Origin: Chiloscyllium plagiosum
Taxonomy: Eukaryota
Reading direction: 5' to 3'
Length of the DNA: 64,000 bases
Assembly: GCF_004010195.1 (NCBI RefSeq)
Contig: NC_057753.1
Coordinates: 2,519,285 to 2,583,284 of the forward strand
Shown here: piece after piece, positions 24,319-35,774 of the stretch
How the letters are laid out: the number at the start of each line of letters is the position of its first letter
Numbering within the stretch: the first letter of the stretch is position 1
Program-made: the position numbers and the translations under genes
The notes under the pieces: model-generated
The model's input: the letters and a program-made list of their open reading frames with translations, nothing else
Databases searched by the model: none
What the model was told of the DNA's origin: nothing

Positions 24319-27300
24319 TATAACACGAATTCAGCAATTCCTGTTCCATTGTTTTTGTGAAGAATATTGTCATGTGAGCACAGATTATTGTATTATTTTA
24401 CAACCGCGAAAGATATCTCAAATGTGTACCAGGTTGACAGCTGATGCATCCATTATGATTCGGCAGGTATGGTTCCTATTTACAAACATTGAGAACTGAC
24501 TCCAAATGAGTCACAGCAGCCTTATCAGTTTATAGCATAGAGACATTCTTACTCTCCTGACAGTTAATCTTATGCAAAGGAACATCTTAGTTTCTATAAC
24601 ACGTATTAAATTTGTCAGCTTAATATTGCGATGTGCCACCATTTGCTACATTGCTTAACATTATCAATCGTTTTCCAGCACTGCAGGTAGATAATTAACT
24701 TTATGATGCATAATGGCGCACCAAGGCTTTAATTTGAGAGAAGACTGCCAGAGGAAGGAAAAGAAAGTACAAGCATTTCTCCATAGAAGTTGGAACAGTA
24801 CAACTGAGGAACGGGCCCTTCAGCACCCAATGGTTGTGCATATTCATCTGCTATCTGAAATTCCCCTATCCTATATATCTCCAAAATCACCCCTGGCAGC
24901 GGGTTCCAGACACCTACCACTCTTGTCGAAAACATCTTGCCCCTCACACCTCCTCTCTATTTCCCCCCACACCTTAAATGCACGTCTCCTTGTGTTAGAC
25001 ATGTGAACTCTGGCAAAAAAGAAAGGTTTATCAAGCAGACAGACTTGAAAACTTATTTTCCCGTTCTTGCAATGGTTTGGGCAGATAAAACGTAACGACT
25101 GGCTGAAGGCAAAATATTGAAATCTGTGTTTAAGATTAAATTCAATATGATTTAAGTTCACATTGTTTTGGAATCTTTCCTATTTCATCGTTGAATCTAA
25201 TTTGACTGTTTCCGAAATGTACTTGCATGAGTATTAATAATATTACTAAATTAAATAGGCCCAGCTTCTGAATGAAGATTGATTGTCTTTTTGTAGTTAA
25301 CTTAATCTGGAAAATCAGAAGTTCACACTATTGATGAAAAGATGTATCATTACCTCCAAACAAAATTGAATACGAACACCAGTGGTGCAAATTGATTGGT
25401 GTATTTTGCAAGAGTGGAGAAGGAAATAATTATACTGACCGTTTCTGCTCTATGTATATGCAGTTTGCTGTATACAATTGTTGGTATCTTGAATACATTA
25501 ACTGACCACTACAGGCAGGCAATTGGATATCGAGCAACAACTTCAATTATGCTCAAACAACACGTCTTTGAGCATGTGCCTGTGCTGTATAGATTACATA
25601 ATAATATTCATAAGCACAATGGGACCTTTCCAAGGAAGTTAGCTTTCTGGTGTATTTGCTTTTCGAAATTTCCACTTAAGAGCAGATCAAGTATTTAATT
25701 TTATCTCAGATCATTTAGTTGCTGTGTTGATCTATGAATGACTGCATACATTTATTAAGCATATATGTTTGGAGATGATTAAGTAAAGGTCTCGTGACGC
25801 AATGAATCTCAGAATCACAGAATTGTAACAATAGAGAAGGATCCTATTCAGAGCACGTGCTGTGAATCAAAGCCAGCTGTGTCGTCTGATCATTTTGACT
25901 GCTTTTTGTATCTCCATTTTGTGGTCCCCACGGTGTTACAATTGATCAATATATCAACAATGTTATGACCTCTTTTAATTCTTATTTATTTACTTTATAT
26001 GCGTTTATGTTTCAGCTATAAATACAAAAATGCACAAATGTAGATATTTGCCGATATGTCTGCTTGCGCAGATGCCTGTGTCATATGTATTTCCTCGTAG
26101 TTTAGACCGTCCAATCCAGACACAATAGTAGTAGAGCTGCTGTGCATCCTCTTCAGTGCAATCCCAGTGTGAACGTACTGATGAGCTGCCTTCTTGAACT
26201 GTTGCAGTTTATTTGGTTCAGGTAAACACAAAATGCTGATTTGGAGGGACTGAGGTGATTTTTAGCTGACTGTCATACCAGATTTTAGTTGTGGATGGGA
26301 AACAGAAATGAGACCCACGTCTGGAATGTAAATCAGGTACTACAATCTATTTCATTTCAAAATAACTATTAGCTACTTGTGCATCAAGGCTCATCCGACA
26401 CTGACTTAGCAATTCTATGTAGAGTTGTGACCTTCTTCAACTATTTCTCATATTCAAGTCTGCAAGAAATCAGTGTATTTACCCCAGTGATTATTGATAG
26501 ACAATAACCTTTTGTAATTCAGTTGAGATGGAGGCTGCACTCACACTTTGGTCAGTATATCGCCAACTAATTTAGCTTTGCGACTTAAATCAATGTAAGT
26601 TGAACTTTAAACTTGCTTGAAGTAAGGACAATGCCATTCATTTATCAAGTCGAGTATCACAAGAGAATGCGACAATGATTTTGAGTTTAACGAATGGTAT
26701 ATGTTGCCTATACTGTGAGTGGACAGGAGATTGTGATCGTTTCATTGTTTGAAGATTTAGATATTGGTGATCTTTGTGTAACTTTATCTCCAGTTTCGTT
26801 TTCTCTCGTCATCGATAGATGATTTTTTCCGCCTTACAAAATTGATCAAAGAATGTCTTATCCAGACGATACACAATTTCTCCGTCTTTCACGCATCATC
26901 TACAGTCCCTGTGTGTAATCCCTTTGTTCCGGCAATGAGTAATAATGTGGCTGGTCCAAACCTCAAACAATGTTGTACCTTTTACTGTAATCCATTAATT
27001 CTACATCCAATGATTTCTCACCAGTCGAGAGAAAGATATACATTCCATTTCAGTTTAAGCAAATGCTGCAGATGTTCTCAAAATACATAGTACCTTTGAT
27101 TCGAGATGAACATTTTTAAAAATTAACGTAATTTTCCCATGGTCCTTCTACCTTGGCAACATTCAACACTGGCCCCATCTCTAAGATACCTCACATTAAT
27201 AACAGAGACATCATAGGAGTTAATTGAGATAAATTATAAGAAGCAATAAAGATAGCTGTTAGTATGAGTTGATGTACATGAGTAAGAAACTTCACCAAGC

Positions 27301-28329
27301 ACACTCTTACTAATGTAATAATCATGCAAAAAACATCAATTTCTCAGCTGACAGGTGTCGCTTTAAAAATCAAAGCAGACAGATTTTTCTCATTTTTAAA
27401 ATATTTCCACTGAACTGAAAAGCGACAGCACATGAGAACAATTACTATGTTGTTGTCTTTGCTAAACGTATGTTTATGGGATGCTGCCTATATTAGAACA
27501 GTTGATGATTACTAAGTACATAACACATTATCCCATTAAATATTTCAATAGAATAAAGTTATGCCAATTCTTCTTTTTTACATACTTTAACTGTATTGTA
27601 AGAATAAAGCGCGTGGTGATTAAAGTTTACTGGTAGACCAATCGAATCATACCTGAAGCAAGAAACCTACACGTTCCTTAAAAACTATATATATAAAGGT
27701 TAGCATCTAGCCTATGTGCATATTATATTTTGGGGGTCTTGTCTCGTCCACAATAAAATCAACACGTCGACTGAATATATAACTGTAGAATTTTGCCATA
27801 GTCTTAAAGTATCTTGTTTCCTAAATAAGTAAACATGAGACCCGCAAAACCTTCAAGAAACTTATCTAATTAGAGCAATTAAAATGAAGGATAAAAGCAT
27901 CCAGTTGTTTTATTGGAGCCAGACGTCAAAAATACACGTAACAGTCCCATGCTTATTGAAGTACACCCGCTGACAGAAACGCATGCATGCTGGCCTTTTC
28001 CATTTACTATCCCTTAAATGCAATAATCATTTTCTTGAAAAGTTGGTTTGTTAATGACTCGTTCAGAAGTCATTTCTTGGCTGTATTTAATGGTCGTAAT
28101 CTGTGCCTTTTAATGAGAGCTTCTCTTCCAAACAATTGACCAAATTCTCCATTTCACTGTTCTAGTGATTTCTCTTCACCATATCATGAACAATATTGAT
28201 TTAGTGTGATAATGGCATAGCTTATTTTGTTTACAGGAAGCAAAAACCTTGGTATCACTGGTGCACTTTCAGACTTTAGTTGGTTGTACTACTTTCCTGC
28301 CAGTGTTTATTCTCATTATGTGATTATTT

Positions 28330-29250
28330 GAGGTAAGAGTGACTGCCTTTGGCATCAAGGCCGCATTTGAACGATTGTGGCATTATGATTCTGAGCAAAA
28401 CAGAAATTAATAGGTATCAAGGGTAAACTCACCACTGCTTGGAGTCATACCTTGCACGTCAGAAGATGGTTGTGGTGGTTGCAGGTCGGTTATCTCAGCT
28501 CCAAGAGTTCTTTAGGATAATGTTGAAGACGCAAACATCTTCGGTTGCTTCATGCATGACCTTCTCCCCATCAGCAGTTCAGAAGTGGGAATATCCACCG
28601 ATTATCGTACAATGTTCATAAGCATTCGTGACTCCACAGACACTAAAGCAATCAATGTTCAAATGCAACAAGATCTGGACAATATCCAGGGATGGGTTAA
28701 CATTTGGCAAATAATATTGCTCCACTTGGCTGTCCATCATCTGCAAGGATCAAATGAGAAGTGGGACAGAATGTTTCTCATTTGCCTTGGTAGGTGCAGC
28801 TTCACCAACACTCAAGAGGCTTGACACTATCGAGGACAAAGCAGCCCACTATATTGGTATCACACCCACAAATATCCACTCCCTTCTCCACCGACGCTCA
28901 GTACCAGCAGGGCGTACTACCGACAATATGCACTGCTGAAATACACGAAAGATCCTGAAACAGCACCTTGCACGCCTTCGATCACTTCCAGCTAAAAGGA
29001 CAGTGGCAGCAGGTGGGGAAATACTACCACCCATAACTTCCACTCAAAACCACTCACCATCCTGACTTGGAATTAAATCATCGTTTTGTTGATGGGTGAA
29101 AATCCTGAAATTCGCTCCCTCAAAACATTTTGGGTTAATCCATAACAGTTCGGCCGCAATAGTTAAAGTAGGCAGCTCACTACCACCTTCTCAGCGGCAA
29201 CGAAGCATGAACTGTAATTGCTGACCAGTCAGCAAAGCCCATTTCTCACA
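28330..29250 (+). mobile_element. LINE RT fragment and 3' region (CR1/L2-group)
   Basis: Decayed RT motifs (ALDIKAAF-like, WLESYL, MQQDLDNIQ.W, LDTI.DKAA). Confidence 0.7.
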
Positions 29251-29918
29251 AATTGTCATTTTTGAAACGCACCATCAATGAGGAACGATCTTTCATTGGC
29301 CCAGAGATTACCTCTTTTTTTTTATTTTGCTTTCTGGCTTGTTCACGTAGAGTCTCACCGTGCAAGTGCATTGTTTACTTATATTAGTTGCATTCTTGCT
29401 TTCGGCGTATTATAAAATCAATACAATTATGTTTTATGACCCATTGTGTCATTTCGGGTAATTATCATATTACAAATGCTCTCTTGAGTAATTTAGAGTG
29501 AACTTTTTTTTTGTCGGACAGCACATGTTCTGCGATTTCAATTATGGGCAGCAACTTTTGAATTGTGTTCCTTGAAATTACTATGGTCTTGAACTCCTTG
29601 TTTATTTGTCTTTAAACATGTAATACATGAAAACATGACAGGCTTTATTCGCATGACAAATTTTATTCCTCATCATTAAGTCCATTGCGAAATTTTGGAG
29701 AAACACCTTAATCTTTCTGATAGCACTATGGTGTGTTGAGGGATGTTTTCACGTTTTGGGGACATTTCATCAACTGATGCATAAATATAAATGGCCAGAA
29801 ATGGTAACTTGATTACCCTTTCACAACTGTTGCTCTACGTAGTTGTGTTTCTCAAATTGACATTTCTGACCTCCTTTCTGTTCCTTGCTTAGTCAACATG
29901 AGCATGCCTGTTACATAG

Positions 29919-30422
29919 CTAAAGTCGCAGTGATTATGACATTATCTCTGGGAAGATGTGCTTTCACCAGATGCATTACTCATTGTCTGAAATCCATGGT
30001 GCTGCCGAATCTTTTGTTATCATCCCATCCACAGTACAACACAGCATTGTTGGCATTTATTTCCCGGTCAATTTGTTGTTCATTACTCCGGTGTGTGACA
30101 AACAGAGATTGTCAGAGATTACTCTGCAGGTATAACTGTCGCATTCACCCTTGATTTGTTTGTACCCATCAGGTACCAGAAGTTTAAAAGTAAGTATTGC
30201 ATACAGAGGACAGCGGCTGTGGTGATTGGAGTTGTCTGTGTACTACACTATGCCCAAACTATACCTTGGCACTTTGTTATTGAGCCTTTCTTTGTAATTA
30301 ACAGTGTTCCCTTTTTCCTGCAGCATGAAATTAATATTTTATAGGTCAAATGCGGACCATTTCATTGGATTCCAGCTGTTTCAACTCCTTGACTCCATTA
30401 ATTTTGACTTTCCTGCTCAAAA
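29919..30422 (+). pseudogene. gpr139-like: GPR139-like GPCR pseudogene (exon 2 remnant, TM1-TM5, frameshifted and truncated)
   Basis: Pieces collinear with the intact gene: AKVAVIMTLSLGRCAFTRCITHCLKSM (vs ANLMVVVIQSQRRCGLARCVNYYLVSI), GIYFPVNLLFITPVC, TVAFTLDLFVPIRYQKFKSKYCIQRTAAVVIG, IPWHFVIEPFFVINSVPF and TP*LPLILTFLL. It has the same phase-1 acceptor position (catag|ct), frameshifts and a stop. A possible decayed exon 1 donor lies at 29457/29458. Confidence 0.88.
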
Positions 30423-30509
30423 AGTCAGAGAATGTCCATTATTTTACTACTTACCAGCTTGAGAAGTTTCATCCTGTTAGTATTTGTTATAATTTATATT
30501 TATCAGATC

Positions 30510-31580
30510 ACACAGGGTTCATGGTGAGCGTGCAAATTGGATAAATATACTGGCTTGGCAGTCGGAAACAGAGGGTGGTGATAGAAGGTTATGTCTTTGG
30601 ACTGGACACCTGTTCCCAGCAGCGCACCACAGGGATCGATGCTGGTTACGTTTTGACGTGTCATTTATATTAACATTTTGAATGAGAATATAGGAGCTAT
30701 AGTTGATAAGTTGTCAGATGACGTGAAATTTAGTGGTGTAGTGGATAGTGAAAAAGGTTATCTGAGATTACAAAGATATCTTGATCGATTGAATCAGTGG
30801 ACTGAGGATTGGCACATGGAGTTTAATTTGGATAAATGTGAGGTATTCCATTTTGGCAGAGCAAAGAAGGCATGGCTTGCATAATTAGTCGTTGGACTCT
30901 GGATTGTGTTGAAGAATAGAGAGACCGAGGGGTTAAGGCATATATTTCTTTGAAATTTGTGTCACAAGTATACAGGATGGTTGAGAACGAATTCAGCACG
31001 AATGCATTCATTGCTCAGACGTTGTGCATAAAGGACCTGCATGGTTATGTTGAGTTTTTTAGAATGTTGGTGGAGGTTCTTCTGGAGTATAGTGTGCGGT
31101 TCTGATCGTCCTGCTATGACAAAGATATGAGAAAATTGGAAAGGGTTCAGAACCGATTTACCAGGACGTTGCCAAGAACGGAGGGTTTGTGTTACAAAAC
31201 AGGTTAGATAAACTGGGATTTTCTTTTTCACTGGAGCATAAGAAGTTGACCTAGTAGACTTCTATAAAATCTCGAGGGACAGAAAGACGGTGAATGACAA
31301 AGGTGGAGTTCGAAACCAGAGGGTTTTCTTTAAAGGTGAAAGGAACACTTTTCATAGAGAACGTATGGCTTAATGTTTTTACACAGAGTGGTTCATGTGC
31401 AGAATGAACTGCCAGAGGAGGTTATGGACGCAGATACAGATGCAACATTTGGATGAATACACGGATAGAAAAGATTTGGAGTGTTGTATGCAGGCAAGTG
31501 GGATTAGATTGGTGTGAAAACGTGGTGGGTGTGGACTAGATGTACAGAGGGGTCTGTTTCCACGCTGCATAACGCTATAA
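30510..31580 (+). mobile_element. CR1 LINE, 5'-truncated RT and 3' end
   Basis: KLSDDVKFSGVVDSEKGYLRLQRYLDRLNQW..W.MEFNLDKCEVFHFG. It lies between the GPCR pseudogene and the IgM leader. Confidence 0.85.
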
Positions 31581-31729
31581 ATCAAACGACAGCTCTGATA
31601 AACCTATCCCTTTTGCCAGACATTTAAATGCGTGTCACTCGACTGTAATTCAACACTCCTTCACTCCTACATTTGGTTTGTTTGGAGAGTTGTTCACAGA
31701 CCTTTCTTCCCCAAACTTTGAAAAGGGTA

Positions 31730-31758
31730 ATGTCGACAATTTCTGACTTGTTCATCCT
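31730..31758 (+). pseudogene. IGHV: IgM-type VH leader exon remnant
   Basis: ATG TCG ACA ATT..CTG ACT TGT TCA TCC T|gtgagt resembles a shark IgM leader (M.T.I..LLTFLS-C) with an internal deletion. It has a good donor, 250 bp upstream of the VH exon. Confidence 0.6.
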
Positions 31759-32008
31759 GTGAGTGTCCATTGTTCCGGTCTCCCACTGTTACCATCTTAA
31801 ATTGTTCCACGACTGTCGTAGAAGGATCACTGGATCCGAAATTTCACTGATTTTGATTTTGCCCTGACAGGTGCTACCAGACCGACTGGGAGTTTTCGTA
31901 ATTTCACTTTTTCTAACTGTCTCAGTATTATTCGCTCTCTGAAATATAATAAAGCCTGGAATTATTACATCAGCATTAACGCTTATGCACTTTGCATTCC
32001 TTTTACAT

Positions 32009-32261
32009 GTGAGCAATTGGAGGTTGTTTTGACTTTCAAAAGCAGAGATCAGCCGGTCCCCAATGTATCCTAACATTTAGATTTGGCAGCATTAGGTCTG
32101 ACATTTTCCCAGAGAGCGACTGCCTTCATACAGCAATAACGACCATCTCCCCCAAAGTGATTAAGAATCAATTCATTTCTTCCAAAGATACTTCAAACTG
32201 TATCTTCGCTTTGGACATGATCAGCCTGAAGACACCACCATCTATTCCTGTGAATCTGTGT
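32009..32261 (+). pseudogene. IGHV: Shark IgM-type heavy-chain V pseudogene
   Basis: The acceptor is mutated (ttttacat). The start reads QLEVVLT, FR2 has decayed to *V*HFPR (from WVRQ.PG), and FR3 [33 protein letters not shown] matches the shark IgM pattern IK.RFTASKDTSNNIFAL.M.SLK.EDTAIYYC. It has multiple deletions and stops, and is followed by a heptamer-like cacactg/cactgca (32262-32270). Confidence 0.85.
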
Positions 32262-32845
32262 CACACTGCAATTATGGTCAATAAGAGAAAAAAAACATAT
32301 TATTTGAAGCTGGGTTAGTCCTTCATTTACAATTGTACAATCATCTAGAGTTTAGGTGCCAGCAAGTACTGTGTTCGAATAAGTGTTATTATGAACTTTT
32401 TTATTTCGTTATTTATGGTATATTGTTTATTTTTCTAATTGATTTTTTCTATTATTTGGAAATATTAATCTTCTATTTCCGAAGGATTTGTACTTAGAAA
32501 TTTGTACCTAGGTACCTTTGTACCTAACATGCGCCATTTCTGAAGACTTGCAAACTTTTCACTGATTCAACATTGAACAGCCATATTGTATCTCGGCGTT
32601 GTTATCCAAATATTCCATTATAACGTGTAAAAGCGGAGATAATTATTAATTTACGAATTACCAATTGTCTGAACAAGTTCCTGAGCTGCTGTGTGAAATA
32701 TAAAACGGCAAATTAACCGTTACCCACAAGCAGAATAATAATGTAATGAAAATCTATTGTGATTTTTATGTTACCTTTGGTTATGAACGTTTAAAATGAT
32801 GGTGCGTTTATGTTTGTTTAGTGCAGAGCCAGTTATGATGTGACC

Positions 32846-33612
32846 CATACAGTCATATGGCTATGCAACAAGGAAACAGACCCTCTGGTCCAACCAGTCC
32901 ATCCCGAACAGCTGATTTAGTCCCAATTGCCAGCAATTGGCCCATGTCCTTCTAAACCCTGATGAAGGGCTCCGGCCCAAAACGTCGATTTTCCTCCTCC
33001 ACGGATACTGCCTGACCTCCTGTGCTTTTCCAGCATCCAAATGCTTTTTTAGTCGTTGCAATTGTACCGACCTCCACCACTTCCTCTGGTAGCTCGTTCC
33101 ATACACACATCACCCTCTGCTTTAAAAAGTTGCCCCTTACGTTGTTTTTCAATCTTTACCCTCTTGCCTTAATTCTCTGCTCTCTTGTTCTGGACTCCCA
33201 TACCGTGGGAAAAGGATTTGACAATTCAACCTTTTCATGCCCCGCATGGTTTTGTAAATCTCTATAAAATTACCCTCCAGCCTCGGATACTCCAGCAATT
33301 AAAGTCCCAGCATAACCAGCCTATTTGTAAGACGACATTCCCGGCAACATCCTGGTGAATCTTTTCTCAACCTTCCCTAATTTAATATTAATCCCCCTTA
33401 CACCAGGGAGATCAGAATTGAATGCGAATTTTTAAAAGTGGCCTGACCAATGTCCATAACAGGCGCAAAACAACATCCCAACCCCTATGCTTAAAGCGCT
33501 GACCAATGACGACAAGCGTACCAAACACCTTCTTCACCTCCCTGTTCATCCAAGACGCCAATTTTCAAGCAACCATGCACCTACACACCCACGTCTCTCT
33601 GTTCAGCAACAC
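32846..33612 (-). mobile_element. CR1 LINE 3' fragment inserted at the JH RSS
   Basis: Minus-strand RGNFLKQRVMCVWNELPEEVVEVGTI; ends about 20 bp before the JH heptamer. Confidence 0.85.
32957..33035 (+). mobile_element. PLE-derived family A arm nested in a CR1 3' end
   Basis: cctgatgaagggctccggcccaaaacgtcgattttcc...ttccagca; the hammerhead GAAA box is mutated to AAAA. Confidence 0.65.
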
Positions 33613-33631
33613 AAAATCCAGGGAATTGTAA

Positions 33632-33686
33632 CACTGTGACTATCACGCTTACTAGGAAGAAGGAACCATGGTGACAGTGACTGCAT
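33632..33686 (+). pseudogene. IGHJ: IgH J segment pseudogene with 5' RSS heptamer
   Basis: CACTGTG (33632-33638) is followed by YHAY*EEGTMVTVTA, i.e. shark JH (Y..YWGQGTMVTVTA) with single-base changes TGG>TAG, GGA>GAA and CAA>GAA. The splice donor is lost and the nonamer position is occupied by a CR1 insertion. Confidence 0.87.
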
Positions 33687-34148
33687 GAAGAATTATGCAC
33701 ATTTTGGCAAATGTAACACTTGTTTAACATTCCTAATTATGTTAGTAATTCGTTAGACAAATTACATTTGTGCTCAGTGGGTCCTGAATTTGGTTTGGTT
33801 CCAATTGTTCTTTTTTTTTCTGAAAAGTGATTTAAGAACTCAAACTCAAAGGTGTTGGTGAGGAATTCAATTGCCAATCGTATTGCCTCTGGTGTTTATC
33901 TGTTGGGCATACTGCGTGATCTGTTTACTTGAAACACCTCGTCTCTTTAATAGTTAGGCATTTCAACTATCCCAGTGGCAGCTAGCATCTGCGAGTTTTA
34001 GCAATAGCAAGCATGAAGCTCTTAATTAGGTTCGAAACATTATCAAAATATGCTAAAATACCACTATTAATGATTTGAATATATTCCAACAGCTAATAAT
34101 ACAATTGCCATTATTGTATATTGTGGTTTAGTTCGTTCATTCCACTTC

Positions 34149-34436
34149 TAGAACATAGAACATAGAAGAATACAGCGCAGTACAGGCCCTTCGGCCCTCG
34201 ATGTTGCGCCGATCCAAGCCACCTAACCTACATTAGCCCACTATTCTCCATATGCCCATCCAATGCCCGCTTAAATGCCCATAATTAGGGAGAGTCCACC
34301 ACTGCTACTGGCAGGGCAATCCATGAACTCACGACTCGCTGAGTAAAGAACCTACCCCTAACATCTATGCTATACCTACGCCCCCCCCTCCCCTTAATTT
34401 AAAGCTATGCCCACTTGTAATAGCTGACTCCATACG
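34149..34436 (-). mobile_element. Young CR1 LINE 3' tail
   Basis: (tagaaca)n tail followed by caggcccttcggccctcgatgttgcgccga. Confidence 0.75.
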
Positions 34437-35774
34437 TGATGACGATCCCCGCATTAAGATGTTCCTGAAGTGTTACATCTGAGTCTGTTAGTTTGAGCTG
34501 ACTGGATTTTGATTCTCTTTCATCTGAGCCATTGAAAGCGTTTGCAAAATCAGGTCGGTTTCAGGTTTTTAGTAATTGGGTTTTTTTTTCTGCCCAGGAA
34601 ATTGGATGTCTACATTACTTTACATTACAAATCTTTGTTATGGTATTTGTCTTTATTCCTCGCAAGGTTTCTGCATGTGTTCAACTCGTGTGGCACTCTT
34701 GTCTGATTGTTTGTGAAGGGTATATATTTTTGTAGCCCAAGAAACCAAGAGTAGAACCCATAAAAGACTGAAAAATGAGAGAATTGCATTGTTTTAAATT
34801 CTCTGTTGTAATTTTAGACTGGTCAAGAAATTTTAAAATTAACCTCATGCAAAATATAGCTTGTCATTAAGGTTTAAAACTGCCTATGAGTTAAGACGTC
34901 TTTGCTAAGACCAAAATTATTGCAGTTTAGAACATAGAAAATAGAAGATAGAACAGCACAACACAATCCAGGCCCTTAATATTGTGCCGACCTTCTATCC
35001 TACCTTTTATGCAATTATAATAAGGTGAAATGCATACATCCAACTAATTATACTTTTATAATAAGGTGATTAATTTGCATTTTCCAGCATGTTTTACTGT
35101 ACAAAGTGTGCTATTGACGTGAACAGGATAATGTATACGGTGGAAATAATTTATGAGTATTGCTGAAAATGTCTTAAGATCTAATTACTTTTATATATGT
35201 TCACTCCAACATATAATGCTTCTGTCATGATTCGTTTGATTAAATGAGTAAATTGTTTGATGGTGAGGGCTTTGTTTGGATTCTAATTTGAGATTTCCTG
35301 GCTATGTTATACTTTTGGTTCTGTTGAGAGCGTTTCCAGAAGCGTTGTTCCTGGGAACGTGTTGAGATTTGATGATTTTTGTTCTGTTGTGTTTGGCTTA
35401 TAATGAATTCTCAATAGTGGAAAAGTCATTTTCTGCATTGTTTTGTCATTGGTTACGCTGCCTGTGACAGTTAACTGTTTAAGTTTCCTCATTGATTGCA
35501 AACAGCATGCACTTTGCAATGAATTAAAATCCAACATAAGGCGAGTTTTAGAAATGAAGGAAAATCAGACAGCTTACGTGTTATGTTTAAGTGTAAATGA
35601 TAATTACAGATTATTTTAAACCATGGTTTACATGCAATAGCCAGGCCTCAACTTCTTAATTCTATCCCAAGTTCTGTAGTCAACCATTTTGCAAATCACA
35701 TAAAAACATTAGTACCTTTGCACAAATATATTGCCTACAAAGCTTTTGTTGTTGAGCAAAGTGAAAAACCTAGA

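Noticed and set aside
24350-24434. TGTTTTTGT + 11-12 nt + catgtg, then 56 nt ending gta cca g|gt like a TCR J
   Set aside because: The heptamer is defective, the translation has no FGxG and the donor is weak; at most a cryptic RSS.
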